Source: Polyangiaceae bacterium (GTDB taxonomy: Bacteria > Myxococcota_A > Polyangia > Polyangiales > Polyangiaceae). From it: a DNA stretch of 64,000 nt. The notes below the pieces were generated by a model that was given only the letters and a program-made list of their open reading frames with translations, searched no databases and was not told the DNA's origin. The stretch covers positions 60,020-124,019 of the forward strand of contig JAPSGB010000010.1 of assembly GCA_035063585.1 (NCBI GenBank), read 5' to 3'. Shown here one piece after another: positions 1 through 10,926 of this stretch. Both the position numbers and the translations under genes were made by a program. Numbering within the stretch: position 1 is the first letter of the stretch; the number at the start of each line of letters is the position of its first letter.

Positions 1-161
1 TCAAGGACACGCTCGGGAAGGCGAGCTTGAGCGATTTCGACGGGAACCGCGTCGCGGTCGCGGCCGCCCGGGGGCGCGTCGCGGTCGTGTGGCTGAGCAC
101 GCTGGCCCTCACGGAGGGCGTGCCGACCGGCGGTTGGGCGCTCCTATCGTGTAAGAAGTAG
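1..161 (+). CDS. 3' end of a hypothetical protein (partial, begins before window)
   Basis: Open frame from position 3 (KDTLGKASLSDFDGNRVAVAAARGRVAVVWLSTLALTEGVPTGGWALLSCKK) ending TAG at 159-161, with GC3-rich codons. Confidence 0.6.
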   Translation, partial: KDTLGKASLSDFDGNRVAVAAARGRVAVVWLSTLALTEGVPTGGWALLSCKK

Positions 162-172
162 CGGCCGCGGCG

Positions 173-370
173 ATGGCCTCCACACGCGTCGACGAGCGGC
201 TGCTCCGGGAAATCGACGCCTGCGAGCTCCGCCTCTGGTGCGAGAGCTGCGTGCACTACGAGCCGGAGAGCGAGGGCTGCTCCGCGGGCTACCCGACCGC
301 TCCGCACCGCGCGCGGAGGCTCGCGCGCGGGGATGCGCTCGAGTTCTGCAAGCTCTTCGAGCTCGCGTGA
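173..370 (+). CDS. Small Cys-rich hypothetical protein (65 aa)
   Basis: ORF with CESCVH..C..FC; its stop overlaps the tilS start (GTGA at 367-370); good codon bias. Confidence 0.7.
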   Translation: MASTRVDERLLREIDACELRLWCESCVHYEPESEGCSAGYPTAPHRARRLARGDALEFCKLFELA

Positions 371-1287
371 CCCGCTCGCACCCGCCGTCGCTCATCACGC
401 TCGCCGAGCGCACGCTCCGCGAGGAGTGCGGCGTGCGCCCGGGAGAGCGCGTGCTGGTCGCGGTCTCCGGCGGCGCAGACTCCACCGCGCTCCTGGCGGT
501 CCTGTCGCGGCTCGCGCCTCGGCTCAGGCTCGAACTCGAGGCGCACGGAGTCGATCATGGGCTCCGCGCGGAGGCCGCCGCGGAGCTCGACTCGGCCGCC
601 GAGCTCGCCCGGAGGCTCGGCGTTCGGTTCGAGCGGACGATCCTTCGCGTCGAGCCGGGCGGGAACCTCCAGGCGCGCGCGCGCCACGAGCGATACACGG
701 CGCTCGAGCGCGCGCGCGAGCGGTGCCGTGCCGCGCTCATCGCGACCGCGCATCACGCAGACGATCGAGCCGAGACGGTGCTCCTCCGGCTGCTCCGCGG
801 CGCCGGGCCGCGCGGGCTCGCCGTGCTCCCGGCCCGGGCCGGGAGCCGGATCCGCCCGCTGATTCGCGCGCGGCGCGCCGCGATCGAGGCGCACCTCGGC
901 CGCCATGGGCTCGCGTTCGCGCGAGATCCGTCCAACCAGGACCGGCGATTTCTTCGAGTCCGGGTCCGGCTCGACGTCTTGCCGCTGCTCGAGGCCGCCT
1001 CTCCGCGGATCGTGGAGCACCTCTGCGCGCTCGCCGACGAGCTGGGCGGCCCGCCGGCGCCGGTGGTGCTCGGCGAGGACGGGCGGCCGCTCGCGCTCGG
1101 CCGCGCACAGCTCGGCGCGCTCCGTCGGGCCCAGGCCCTGGGCCTCCTCGAGGCTCGAATCCCCCTCAGCGACGGCCGGATTCTCGCGCTCGACCGCCAG
1201 ACGCGCACCCCGGTGCTGCTCGGCCCGCCCGCCTCGGTAGCGGGAAGTCGCCGGCGGGGGGATGCCAAACCTCGCTCTAGGAGTTAA
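367..1287 (+). CDS. tilS: tRNA(Ile)-lysidine synthetase TilS
   Basis: PP-loop VAVSGGADS, VDHGLR, ARARHERY, TAHHADDRAET, DPSN motifs; upstream of ftsH; GTG start at 367. Confidence 0.93.
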   Translation: MTRSHPPSLITLAERTLREECGVRPGERVLVAVSGGADSTALLAVLSRLAPRLRLELEAHGVDHGLRAEAAAELDSAAELARRLGVRFERTILRVEPGGNLQARARHERYTALERARERCRAALIATAHHADDRAETVLLRLLRGAGPRGLAVLPARAGSRIRPLIRARRAAIEAHLGRHGLAFARDPSNQDRRFLRVRVRLDVLPLLEAASPRIVEHLCALADELGGPPAPVVLGEDGRPLALGRAQLGALRRAQALGLLEARIPLSDGRILALDRQTRTPVLLGPPASVAGSRRRGDAKPRSRS

Positions 1288-1417
1288 CTCTCCTGGGTTA
1301 CCCGGCGCCCGACCCATCGCTCGGGGCGCGCTCGTGAATCGACGCGCGGAAGTTCGGGTGGCATGCTCCATCACCCCGGCCAGACGACGTCGGCCCGACA
1401 TTCGAGGAACCTGAACC

Positions 1418-3361
<1,944 letters not shown>

Positions 3362-3373
3362 GCCCACCCGAGG

Positions 3374-3423
3374 GAGGGGGTGTCGGTCCGGCGCGGAACC
3401 GCGCCGCCCCGATCGACACCCTC
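3374..3423. terminator. GC-rich stem-loop between convergent ftsH and cca
   Basis: GGGTGTCGGTC-CGGCGCGG-AA-CCGCGCCG-cccc-GATCGACACCC inverted repeat; no poly-U tail. Confidence 0.5.
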
Positions 3424-4828
3424 AGGCGCTCTCGCTGATGAGCGCGCGAGCACGCTCCACGAGGCGCTCGCGCGTGTTGAGTTCGGGCTCTTCGGTGACC
3501 GCCTCGAGCAGCGCGCGGAGCAACTCGCCGAGCACCGGGCCCGGCGCGAGGCCGAGCTCGCTCATGAGCACGCGACCATCGAGCGCGAGATCGCGCACGG
3601 TCAGCGCCGCGCCCGCGGCCATCAGCCCGAGCGCGCGCTCGTGGAGCTCGCGAGAGCGCGCGAGATCGTCGTCGGCGCCGGTGCCCTTGGCGATGACATC
3701 GGCGCGATTCAGCAGGAACAGGTCGTCGAGGAGCTCCGGGGTGACGCGGCGGACCCAGCGGCGCACCGCGGCGTCGCTCCAGGACTCGTCGTACACGATG
3801 AGGTGGTGACGGACCAGCGCGACGATGCGCGCGCGCTCGTCGTTCGAGAAGCGAAGGCGGGTGAGCAACGGCTCCGCCATCTCCGCGCCGATGCGCTCGT
3901 GCTCGTAGAAGGTATAGTCCCCGGTGCGCTCGCTCTGCCCGCGGCTGCGCGGCTTGCCGACGTCGTGGAGCAAGCCGCCCACGCGCAGTACCGGGTCGCG
4001 CGGGCACTCGTCGAGGCACGCCATGGTGTGACCCCAGACGTCGTACGCGTGGAAGCGGTTCTGCTCGCAGCCGACCGTCTCCATGAGCTCGGGCGCGGTG
4101 ATCTCGAGCATGCCGTGCTCGCGCATCACCTCGAAGGCGCGGCTCGGACGCGCGGCCCGCATCGTCTTCAGCCACTCTTCGCGGATGCGCTCGGGGCTCA
4201 CCTTGCGGTAGCTCGCGAGGCTCGGGCGGATGGCGGCGAGCGTCGAGGGCTCGAACTCGACCTCGAGCACCGCGCGGAAGCGTGCACCGCGGAGCACGCG
4301 CAGACCGTCTTCGGCGAACCGCGCGGCCGGATCGCCGACCGCCCGGAGCACGCGCGCCTCGAGATCCCGGATGCCGCCGAAGGGATCGATGAGCTGGTCG
4401 GCGAGCGGATCGTAGGCGATCGCGTTGATGGTGAAGTCGCGTCGCGCGAGATCTGCGACGATGTCGTCGACGAAATACACGGCGTCCGGGCGGCGGCCGT
4501 CGGAGTAGGTCGTCTCGCCGCGCAGCGTGGTCACCTCGTACCCGACCTCGCGGAGCATCACGGTCACCGTGCCGTGCTCGATGCCGGTGGGGATCACCCG
4601 GCGAAACAGCCGCGTGACCTGCTCGGGGCGCGCGTCGGTGGCGATGTCCCAGTCATGACGCTCGAGCGGCGTCGCGCGGCCCGACCCGGCGGCTCCGGGC
4701 TCGGCGAGCAGCTCGTCGCGCACGCAGCCGCCCACCACCCACGCGCGATGACCGGCCTCGGCGAGGCGCTGACACAGTCCGCGTACGTCGCGCGGGATCT
4801 TCCGGTTCAGGCCCGAGGCGTCGATCAT
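3422..4828 (-). CDS. cca: CCA tRNA nucleotidyltransferase with HD domain
   Basis: VVGGCVRD..DWDIAT, RRDFTINAIA, EDGLRVLR template motif, C-terminal H...LLHDVGK HD domain. Confidence 0.9.
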   Translation of the reverse strand: MIDASGLNRKIPRDVRGLCQRLAEAGHRAWVVGGCVRDELLAEPGAAGSGRATPLERHDWDIATDARPEQVTRLFRRVIPTGIEHGTVTVMLREVGYEVTTLRGETTYSDGRRPDAVYFVDDIVADLARRDFTINAIAYDPLADQLIDPFGGIRDLEARVLRAVGDPAARFAEDGLRVLRGARFRAVLEVEFEPSTLAAIRPSLASYRKVSPERIREEWLKTMRAARPSRAFEVMREHGMLEITAPELMETVGCEQNRFHAYDVWGHTMACLDECPRDPVLRVGGLLHDVGKPRSRGQSERTGDYTFYEHERIGAEMAEPLLTRLRFSNDERARIVALVRHHLIVYDESWSDAAVRRWVRRVTPELLDDLFLLNRADVIAKGTGADDDLARSRELHERALGLMAAGAALTVRDLALDGRVLMSELGLAPGPVLGELLRALLEAVTEEPELNTRERLVERARALISESA

Positions 4829-4853
4829 CCGACGCGGTGATAGCCTAGGACGC

Positions 4854-6500
4854 TCACTTCGCCCAAGGGTACACGATCTCGCCGCCGCCGACCCCCGAAT
4901 GCGGCTTCGAAGGGGTCGGAGCCGGCTTGGCAGGGCCGGCCGCCGGCTTGGTGTTCCCGGGCGAGCGCTTCAGCTTCTCGAGCAGACGAGGCTTGGAGCC
5001 ATCGAGCTCGAGCGTCTTCGATTCGTAGCCCTCGCGGCGGAGCTCGACCGTGACGCTTGCGCCCTTGGGGATCTCGACCAAGACCGGGCTCGGGCCCAGA
5101 TCTCGGTCGCCCATGAAGGCGTGCGCGTCGATCGGCTGGATGGCGAGCGCCACCTGGATCTTCGGCTCCGGAGCGGGCGCGCTCGCGGTGGAGGCGGCGG
5201 TAGGCTCCGCGGCGCTCGGCGTGGTGAGCGGTGCAGCCGTCGCAGAGGGCGCGAGCGATGGCGCCGCGGGGCTCGTGCTCGATTTCGCGAAGATGAAGAC
5301 CACGATGAGCGCGGCGGCGCTGACGCCGACGATCCCGGAGAGCAGCGGCCACTTCGCGCGCGCAACCGGCACGCCCAGCGGGGGTGACGCCGGGACCGGC
5401 GCGGGCATGCGCGCGTCCTTCTTGAAGTAGTCCGCCGGTACGTTGAAGCCGCCCGAGCGCGCCATCAGCTCGGTGACCGCCTCTGGCACCAGCCCCTGCT
5501 CCAGCCGCTCGAGCTCGGCGAGCACCTCGTTCATCGTCTGGTAGCGCTGTTCGGGCCGCTTCGAGAGGCACTTCAGCACGATGGCCTCGAGGCCCGGCGG
5601 GACGTCTTGCGGCTCCGGCACCAAGGCGCGGATCGGCACCGGCGCCTTGTACATGTGCTGGGTGAGGATCCCCATGAAGTTGTCGGCGTCGAACGGGAGC
5701 TTGCCGCTCGCGAGCTCGTAGACGATGACGCCGAACGAGTAGATGTCTCCGCGATAATCGACCGGCGCTCCGGCGGCTTGCTCCGGAGACATGTAGTGCG
5801 GCGTGCCGAACACGGCCCCCGCGCGGGTGAGCCTTCCCTCGCTGTGGCTCACCTTCGCGATCCCGAAATCGAGGATCTTCACGAAGTCCTTGTCCGCGCC
5901 GCGCGCGACCAGGAAGATGTTGTCCGGCTTGAGATCGCGATGCACGATCCCGGCCTCGTGCGCGGCCGCGAGCGCCTCGCAGAGCTGGCGCGCCAGATGG
6001 GTGATGCGAGGAACCGGCAGCGCGCCGCTGCTCGCGACGACGCTGCTCAGCGCCACGCCGTCGAGGTGCTCCATGATGAAGTAGGTCGAGCCGTCGGGGA
6101 GCTGGCCGAAGTCGCTGATGTCGATGATGTGCGGGTTGCCGATGGCCGACGCCGATTTCGCCTCGTTCAAGAACCTCTCGGTGGCCTCGGAGTCACGCGC
6201 CAAATCGGCGCGGAGCACCTTCATCGCGACCTTCTTGCCGATGATCTTGTGCGTGCACTGATAGACGACCCCCATGCCGCCCTCGCCGAGCACCGCCTCG
6301 ACCTTGTAGCGGCCGTCGATGACGCAGCCGAGATAGGGATCGATCACGCGGGGCGGGCCGGAGGGCTCGTCGGTGGGCTCCGCGACGTCCACGTCCGCGA
6401 GCGAACCGCTCGGCGCGACCGTGGCGAGCTTCATCCCGGTGCGCGGGGCGAGCGCGGCGCCGTTCTCATCGGGGGGGGCTTGCTGCTCGTCGTCAGCCAT
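4854..6500 (-). CDS. Membrane Ser/Thr protein kinase (Hanks type) with C-terminal PEGA-like domain
   Basis: LGEGGMGVVY, VAMK, HRDLKPDN, DFG, GTPHYMSPEQ; TM helix, Pro/Ala linker, beta-rich C-terminal domain. Confidence 0.95.
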   Translation of the reverse strand: MADDEQQAPPDENGAALAPRTGMKLATVAPSGSLADVDVAEPTDEPSGPPRVIDPYLGCVIDGRYKVEAVLGEGGMGVVYQCTHKIIGKKVAMKVLRADLARDSEATERFLNEAKSASAIGNPHIIDISDFGQLPDGSTYFIMEHLDGVALSSVVASSGALPVPRITHLARQLCEALAAAHEAGIVHRDLKPDNIFLVARGADKDFVKILDFGIAKVSHSEGRLTRAGAVFGTPHYMSPEQAAGAPVDYRGDIYSFGVIVYELASGKLPFDADNFMGILTQHMYKAPVPIRALVPEPQDVPPGLEAIVLKCLSKRPEQRYQTMNEVLAELERLEQGLVPEAVTELMARSGGFNVPADYFKKDARMPAPVPASPPLGVPVARAKWPLLSGIVGVSAAALIVVFIFAKSSTSPAAPSLAPSATAAPLTTPSAAEPTAASTASAPAPEPKIQVALAIQPIDAHAFMGDRDLGPSPVLVEIPKGASVTVELRREGYESKTLELDGSKPRLLEKLKRSPGNTKPAAGPAKPAPTPSKPHSGVGGGEIVYPWAK

Positions 6501-6724
6501 GGCTCTCTCGGTCAGCGGAGGTTCGAGGCGTCTCGTCTAGGGTCGGGGTCGATCCTGGCTCAGGTGGGGCGTGCGAGGAATCAGCCTCCGGGTCGAGCAC
6601 GACCCATATCCTCTGACGTCCCAGGCGGCAAAAAGCGCTTCCGCCCTCGTGCAAGATCCGCACCCGGAGCGCACTTACGACGCGCACCAATTCCTCCGAG
6701 GTTTAACACCAGTCACGCCGCAAG

Positions 6725-6743
6725 CTGTGCAATTATTGCATAG
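6725..6743. promoter_or_regulatory. AT-rich inverted repeat in the divergent kinase/lolE intergenic region
   Basis: CTGTGCAAT-T-ATTGCATAG (one mismatch) in a GC-rich background; possible protein-binding site. Confidence 0.35.
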
Positions 6744-6811
6744 TCGGCTGATCCGGCGTGTCACGGCGCTGGTGCCGGTCTCGCGGTGGCTCTGCTACAC
6801 CCCGAGCGCCC

Positions 6812-8392
6812 ATGGGTTTCCCGGTCGAGCTCGCCCTCCGCTATATGCGCTCGCGGAAGCGGGCGTTCGTCTCGGTCGGGACCATGTTCGCGATCATCGG
6901 CGTCTCGCTCGGGGTGGCCGCGCTCGCGACCGTGATGAGCGTGACCGGTGGGTTTCGCGCCGAGTTCCGGGACAAGGTGCTCGGCGTGAACGCGCACGTC
7001 CTGGTGCTCAAGTACTCGAGCGATTTTCGCGAGTACCGGAAGATCATGGACGAGATGAGGAAGGTCCCCGGCGTGATCGGGATCGCTCCCTTCGTCATCA
7101 ACCCGATGATGGTGACCCACGGCGCGCGCACCGCGACCGGCGTGCTGCTGAAGGGGGTCGATCCGAAGCTGATGCCGGGCGTGCTCGATCTGCCGAAGCA
7201 CATCGTCGCGGGCAGCCTCGAGGGGCTCAGGCTGCCCGACGCCAAGCCGCCCGCGCGTCGTCGCGACTCGTTCCTCGACGACGGTACGGCGCTCGGCGCC
7301 GAGCCCGCCGCTCCCAAGGACCGGAAGCCACTCTTGAAGGCCCTGAAGGACGAGCTCGACGATGAAGAGGACCCCGGAGCGGCGGCGCCGCCGAACGGAG
7401 GCGACTCCGCGGACGCCCCTCAGGGAGCCTCGCCGGAGGACGCGCCGAGCGACGCGCTCCCGCCCGACGCGCCGCGGGGCAACGTGGTGCCCGAGGGCGG
7501 CTATCAGAGCGCGCTCCCGGGCGACGACGAGGAGTTACCCGAGGAGGTCGATCCCGATCCGTGCCGAAGCCCGGAGGCCGTGAAGAAGCTTCCCGGGATC
7601 ATCATCGGCGCGACCCTGGCGAGGAACCTCGCGGCCGGGCTCGGCGACTGCGTCCAGGTGACCTCACCGACCATCGGCTACACCTACTCTCGAGGCTCCA
7701 TTCGCGCGCCGGTGGCCAAGCAATTCCGCGTGATCGCCATCTTCGACGCCGGCTTCGATCAGTACGACTCGAAGCTCGTCTACACCGATCTCTACGAGGC
7801 ACAGGCGTTCTACGACGCCGGCGACAGCGTGACCGGCGTGGAGATGAAGGTCTCGAACATCGACGGCGCGAAGGGCATCGCGCGGGACATCGACCGGCGT
7901 CTCTCGAACGGCATCTACCACACCATGGATTGGGAAGAGCTGAACCATGGGCTCTTCACCGCGCTCCGCATCCAGCAGATCATGATGAGCCTGGTCTTGG
8001 CGCTCATCATCATCGTGGCCGCCTTCACCGTGATCGCGACCCTCATCATGGTGGTGCTCGACAAGAAGCGTGAGATCGCGGTCCTGAAGGCGATGGGCGC
8101 GACCGACACGGCGATCCTGCGCTCGTTTCTCTATCAGGGCGCCATCATCGGCGTGATCGGCGCGTTCTTCGGGCTCGCCCTGGGGATCGGCGTGTGCAAG
8201 GGCTTGCTCGTCTACGCGTTCCCGCTCGACCCGAAGGTCTATTTCATCTCGCACTTGCCGGTTCAGGTAAATTACTTCGATTTCGCGATGGTTGGCGTCT
8301 TCGCCATCGTGGTGTGTCTGATCGCGACGGTGTGGCCGGCGATGTACGCCGCGCGTCTCCGTCCGGCCGAGGCTTTCCGCTCGCAGCAGTGA
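6812..8392 (+). CDS. lolE: LolC/LolE-family lipoprotein-releasing ABC permease (MacB-PCD plus FtsX domains)
   Basis: ALRYMRSRKRAFVS, GVSLGVAALATVMSVTGGF, GVDP, KKREIAVLKAMGAT, VYFISHLP, PAMYAARLRPAEAFR; ATG at 6812. Confidence 0.88.
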   Translation: MGFPVELALRYMRSRKRAFVSVGTMFAIIGVSLGVAALATVMSVTGGFRAEFRDKVLGVNAHVLVLKYSSDFREYRKIMDEMRKVPGVIGIAPFVINPMMVTHGARTATGVLLKGVDPKLMPGVLDLPKHIVAGSLEGLRLPDAKPPARRRDSFLDDGTALGAEPAAPKDRKPLLKALKDELDDEEDPGAAAPPNGGDSADAPQGASPEDAPSDALPPDAPRGNVVPEGGYQSALPGDDEELPEEVDPDPCRSPEAVKKLPGIIIGATLARNLAAGLGDCVQVTSPTIGYTYSRGSIRAPVAKQFRVIAIFDAGFDQYDSKLVYTDLYEAQAFYDAGDSVTGVEMKVSNIDGAKGIARDIDRRLSNGIYHTMDWEELNHGLFTALRIQQIMMSLVLALIIIVAAFTVIATLIMVVLDKKREIAVLKAMGATDTAILRSFLYQGAIIGVIGAFFGLALGIGVCKGLLVYAFPLDPKVYFISHLPVQVNYFDFAMVGVFAIVVCLIATVWPAMYAARLRPAEAFRSQQ

Positions 8393-8393
8393 A

Positions 8394-9107
8394 TCAGCCG
8401 CGCGAGGTCGGCGACTCGGGCGGTCGCGAACGGCGCAAGAGCCCGAGCACGCGGGCCGCGAGCTCCGGCGCACGGAACGGTTTGCTCAGAAAATCGTCCG
8501 CTCCGGCGGAGAACGCCTCTTTCACGTCCGCCCGCGATGAGAGCGCGGTCAGAAATAGCACCGGTACGTGCCCGAACGGACGCTCGCGCCGCAGGCGCTT
8601 GCAGAAGTCGACGCCGGTCATCCCCGGCAGGTTCCAGTCGAGCACGATGAGGTCGCAGGTCAGCTCGCGCAGGCGATCGAAGGCCTCCTCGGCGCTCGCA
8701 GCGGTGGCGATCTCGAAGCCGGCGCCGCGTAGCATCCGACCGATCACGTTCCGGCACTCGAGGTCGTCGTCGACGACCATCACGCGGGTGTCGGGAGGCG
8801 CCGCGACCTCGACCGGTATCGTGAGGCTCGCCGGCGGCATGGACGGTGGCCCGTCGGCGTTGGCGAAGTCGGACAGCATGTTCCAGTCGCGCCCCTCGAG
8901 CGTGAGGCGTATCGCGCCATCGCCGCGATCGACGGCGCAAGCCGCCACGGCGATCGACTCCTCGCCGATCGTGAAGGTCGCGAGCACCCACTCGCCGTCA
9001 CGGAGCCCTTCGCAGGTCGAGAGCGCGATTTCCTGCTCGCCTTCCCCAGCTTCCACCTCGAGCGAGAGCGACTCGAAGGTCTCGAACGCAAGCACTATCC
9101 CGCGCAC
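8394..9107 (-). CDS. Response regulator receiver protein with N-terminal beta-rich (PilZ-like?) domain
   Basis: RVMVVDDD..DLIVLDWNLPGMTG..VLFLTA..GADDFLSKPF; GTG start estimated at 9107. Confidence 0.85.
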   Translation of the reverse strand: MRGIVLAFETFESLSLEVEAGEGEQEIALSTCEGLRDGEWVLATFTIGEESIAVAACAVDRGDGAIRLTLEGRDWNMLSDFANADGPPSMPPASLTIPVEVAAPPDTRVMVVDDDLECRNVIGRMLRGAGFEIATAASAEEAFDRLRELTCDLIVLDWNLPGMTGVDFCKRLRRERPFGHVPVLFLTALSSRADVKEAFSAGADDFLSKPFRAPELAARVLGLLRRSRPPESPTSRG

Positions 9108-9196
9108 GGCCGGCAACCTATAGCGCGCGTGCGCGCGCTTCGCCACCCCGATGACGCGGCCGACGAGCCGCTCCGTGCCGGGCGCTCGCGCTCGTC

Positions 9197-9862
9197 TCAG
9201 GGCGCGGTGCGACGGACCATCACGCCGACGCAGACGAGCGCGATGCAGAGCGCGATGAAGCTCGAGCTCCGCTGGGACAGCTCGAGGACCGGCTCGGCCC
9301 CGAGCAGGTTCCTGAGGTGTCCGCGCGGCCAGGGCAGCGCCGAAGCGGCGGCCCCCGAGCCCAGGAGCCAGTCGAGCGCGAGCGCCCACGCGCGCCCACC
9401 GCCGCGGCGCCCGAAGGTCGAGGCCGCCCCGAACCATGCGGCGTAGAGCGCTCCTGCGAGCGCGCCGAGCCCCGCCGAGAGCCGCGCGTCCGAGCCACCC
9501 GTGAGCCAGGTCGCCTCCGCGGCGAGGAGCGCGCCGGCGGTCGCCATGAGCGCCGCAGACAGCGCGAGCGCGCCGAGGGCCAGACCCCGTCGGTTCGCGC
9601 CGTGTCGCGCGAGCGCGTCGAGCGAGTCGTCGAGCCGCGCGCCGCCAGAGACGCGCTCCGAGGTCAAGTACGCGAGGAGCGGTATCGCGACGCCGAACAC
9701 TGCGCCGACGAGCGCGTGATCGGTGGCCGCGCGCCCCGCGACGCGGCGCTCGAGCGCCGCGTCGAGCGCGACCAGCGCGAACGCCACGAGCGTGGCTAGC
9801 AGCGACGACGCGCGCCGGAGCCGCGTCGCGCCGAGCGTGGCGCCGCCGAGGAACGCGCTCAC
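9197..9862 (-). CDS. Multi-pass membrane protein, putative ABC-2 type permease
   Basis: About six hydrophobic segments; GTGA overlap with the upstream ABC-like gene. Confidence 0.6.
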   Translation of the reverse strand: MSAFLGGATLGATRLRRASSLLATLVAFALVALDAALERRVAGRAATDHALVGAVFGVAIPLLAYLTSERVSGGARLDDSLDALARHGANRRGLALGALALSAALMATAGALLAAEATWLTGGSDARLSAGLGALAGALYAAWFGAASTFGRRGGGRAWALALDWLLGSGAAASALPWPRGHLRNLLGAEPVLELSQRSSSFIALCIALVCVGVMVRRTAP

Positions 9863-10926
9863 GGCTCCTCCGCTCCGGTCGGCGCCGCCTGCGCCGCCGG
9901 CTCGTCACGCCCCGTCGCGACCTCGCACGCGGGAGCCGCGGCGTAGAGCGGCGCGGCCGCGGCGGGGCGTGGCCGCGCCGCCTCGACATAAGCCCGGTAC
10001 GCGGCCTCGCGAGCCGCTTCCGCGAGGCCCGTCGTCGCGGCGCGCACCAGCTCGAGCTCCGGAGGCACGAGCGCGAGCGCCTCGAGCGCAGCGCCCGAGT
10101 CCCGCGCCGCGCCCATCACGGCGAGCGCGAGCGCGTCCGCGTCGGCGCCGCGGACGCGCAGCTCGTTCGGTGCGCGGAGCTCGTCCCAAGCGACGCCGTT
10201 CACCCGCGCATCGGCGATCACGAGCGCGGCGAGCTTGCGCGCGTCCGCGCTCCGCACGAGAAGCTCGCACGGCGAGCCCGGCGACAGCTCGCGCGGGAGC
10301 GCGCTCGTTGGCCTTCGCACGATGCGCCCGCGTTCGAGGAGTGAGAGCGTGCCGCCGAGCGCGTCCGCGTCGCGGGGGCTCGCGGTGAGCGAGAGCACGC
10401 AGGCGCCCTGCTCGGCGCGTGCGTCGAGCAGGGCGCGCACTGCGTTCGTGTCCACTCCCTCGAGGTTCGCGAGCGGCTCGACGAGCACGATGAGCGCGGG
10501 GCTCGGCACCGCCAGCGCGAGCGCGAGCGCCACCGCGCGGCGCTCCTCTGGAGAGAGGGTGTCGGTTCGGCGCGGGCCCCACGCGGCGAGGCCACACGCG
10601 GCGAGCGCTTGCTCGGCAGCAGGCGCTCCCCCGCGGCGCGGCGCGAGCGCCCGCTCCACGGCGAGCCTGACCGTGGCGCCGAGCGGGAGCGGTTCGTCCG
10701 CCAAGAGCGCGCCGATACGCCGGCGCGTCGCGGGATCGCGTCGTGGGTCGGCGCCGGCGACCCGCACCTGGCCGCGCGCGGGCGCCGAGATCCCGGCGGC
10801 GAGCTCCGCGAGCTCGGCGGTGCCATCACTCGGCGCGCCGAGCACTACCTCGTGGCCCGCGTCGAAGCTCGCGTCGAGCCCGGCGAGGAGCGCGCCCCGC
10901 ACCGCCGCGAAGCCGAGCACGCTCAC
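9859..10926 (-). CDS. Degenerate ABC-transporter ATP-binding-like protein
   Basis: ABC fold layout (P..GQVRVAG.DP, TDTLSPEERRAVALALAL, LIVLVEPLANL) but Walker A reads GAPSDGTA and Walker B lacks its Asp; GTG start at 10926 overlaps the upstream stop. Confidence 0.7.
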   Translation of the reverse strand: MSVLGFAAVRGALLAGLDASFDAGHEVVLGAPSDGTAELAELAAGISAPARGQVRVAGADPRRDPATRRRIGALLADEPLPLGATVRLAVERALAPRRGGAPAAEQALAACGLAAWGPRRTDTLSPEERRAVALALALAVPSPALIVLVEPLANLEGVDTNAVRALLDARAEQGACVLSLTASPRDADALGGTLSLLERGRIVRRPTSALPRELSPGSPCELLVRSADARKLAALVIADARVNGVAWDELRAPNELRVRGADADALALAVMGAARDSGAALEALALVPPELELVRAATTGLAEAAREAAYRAYVEAARPRPAAAAPLYAAAPACEVATGRDEPAAQAAPTGAEEP

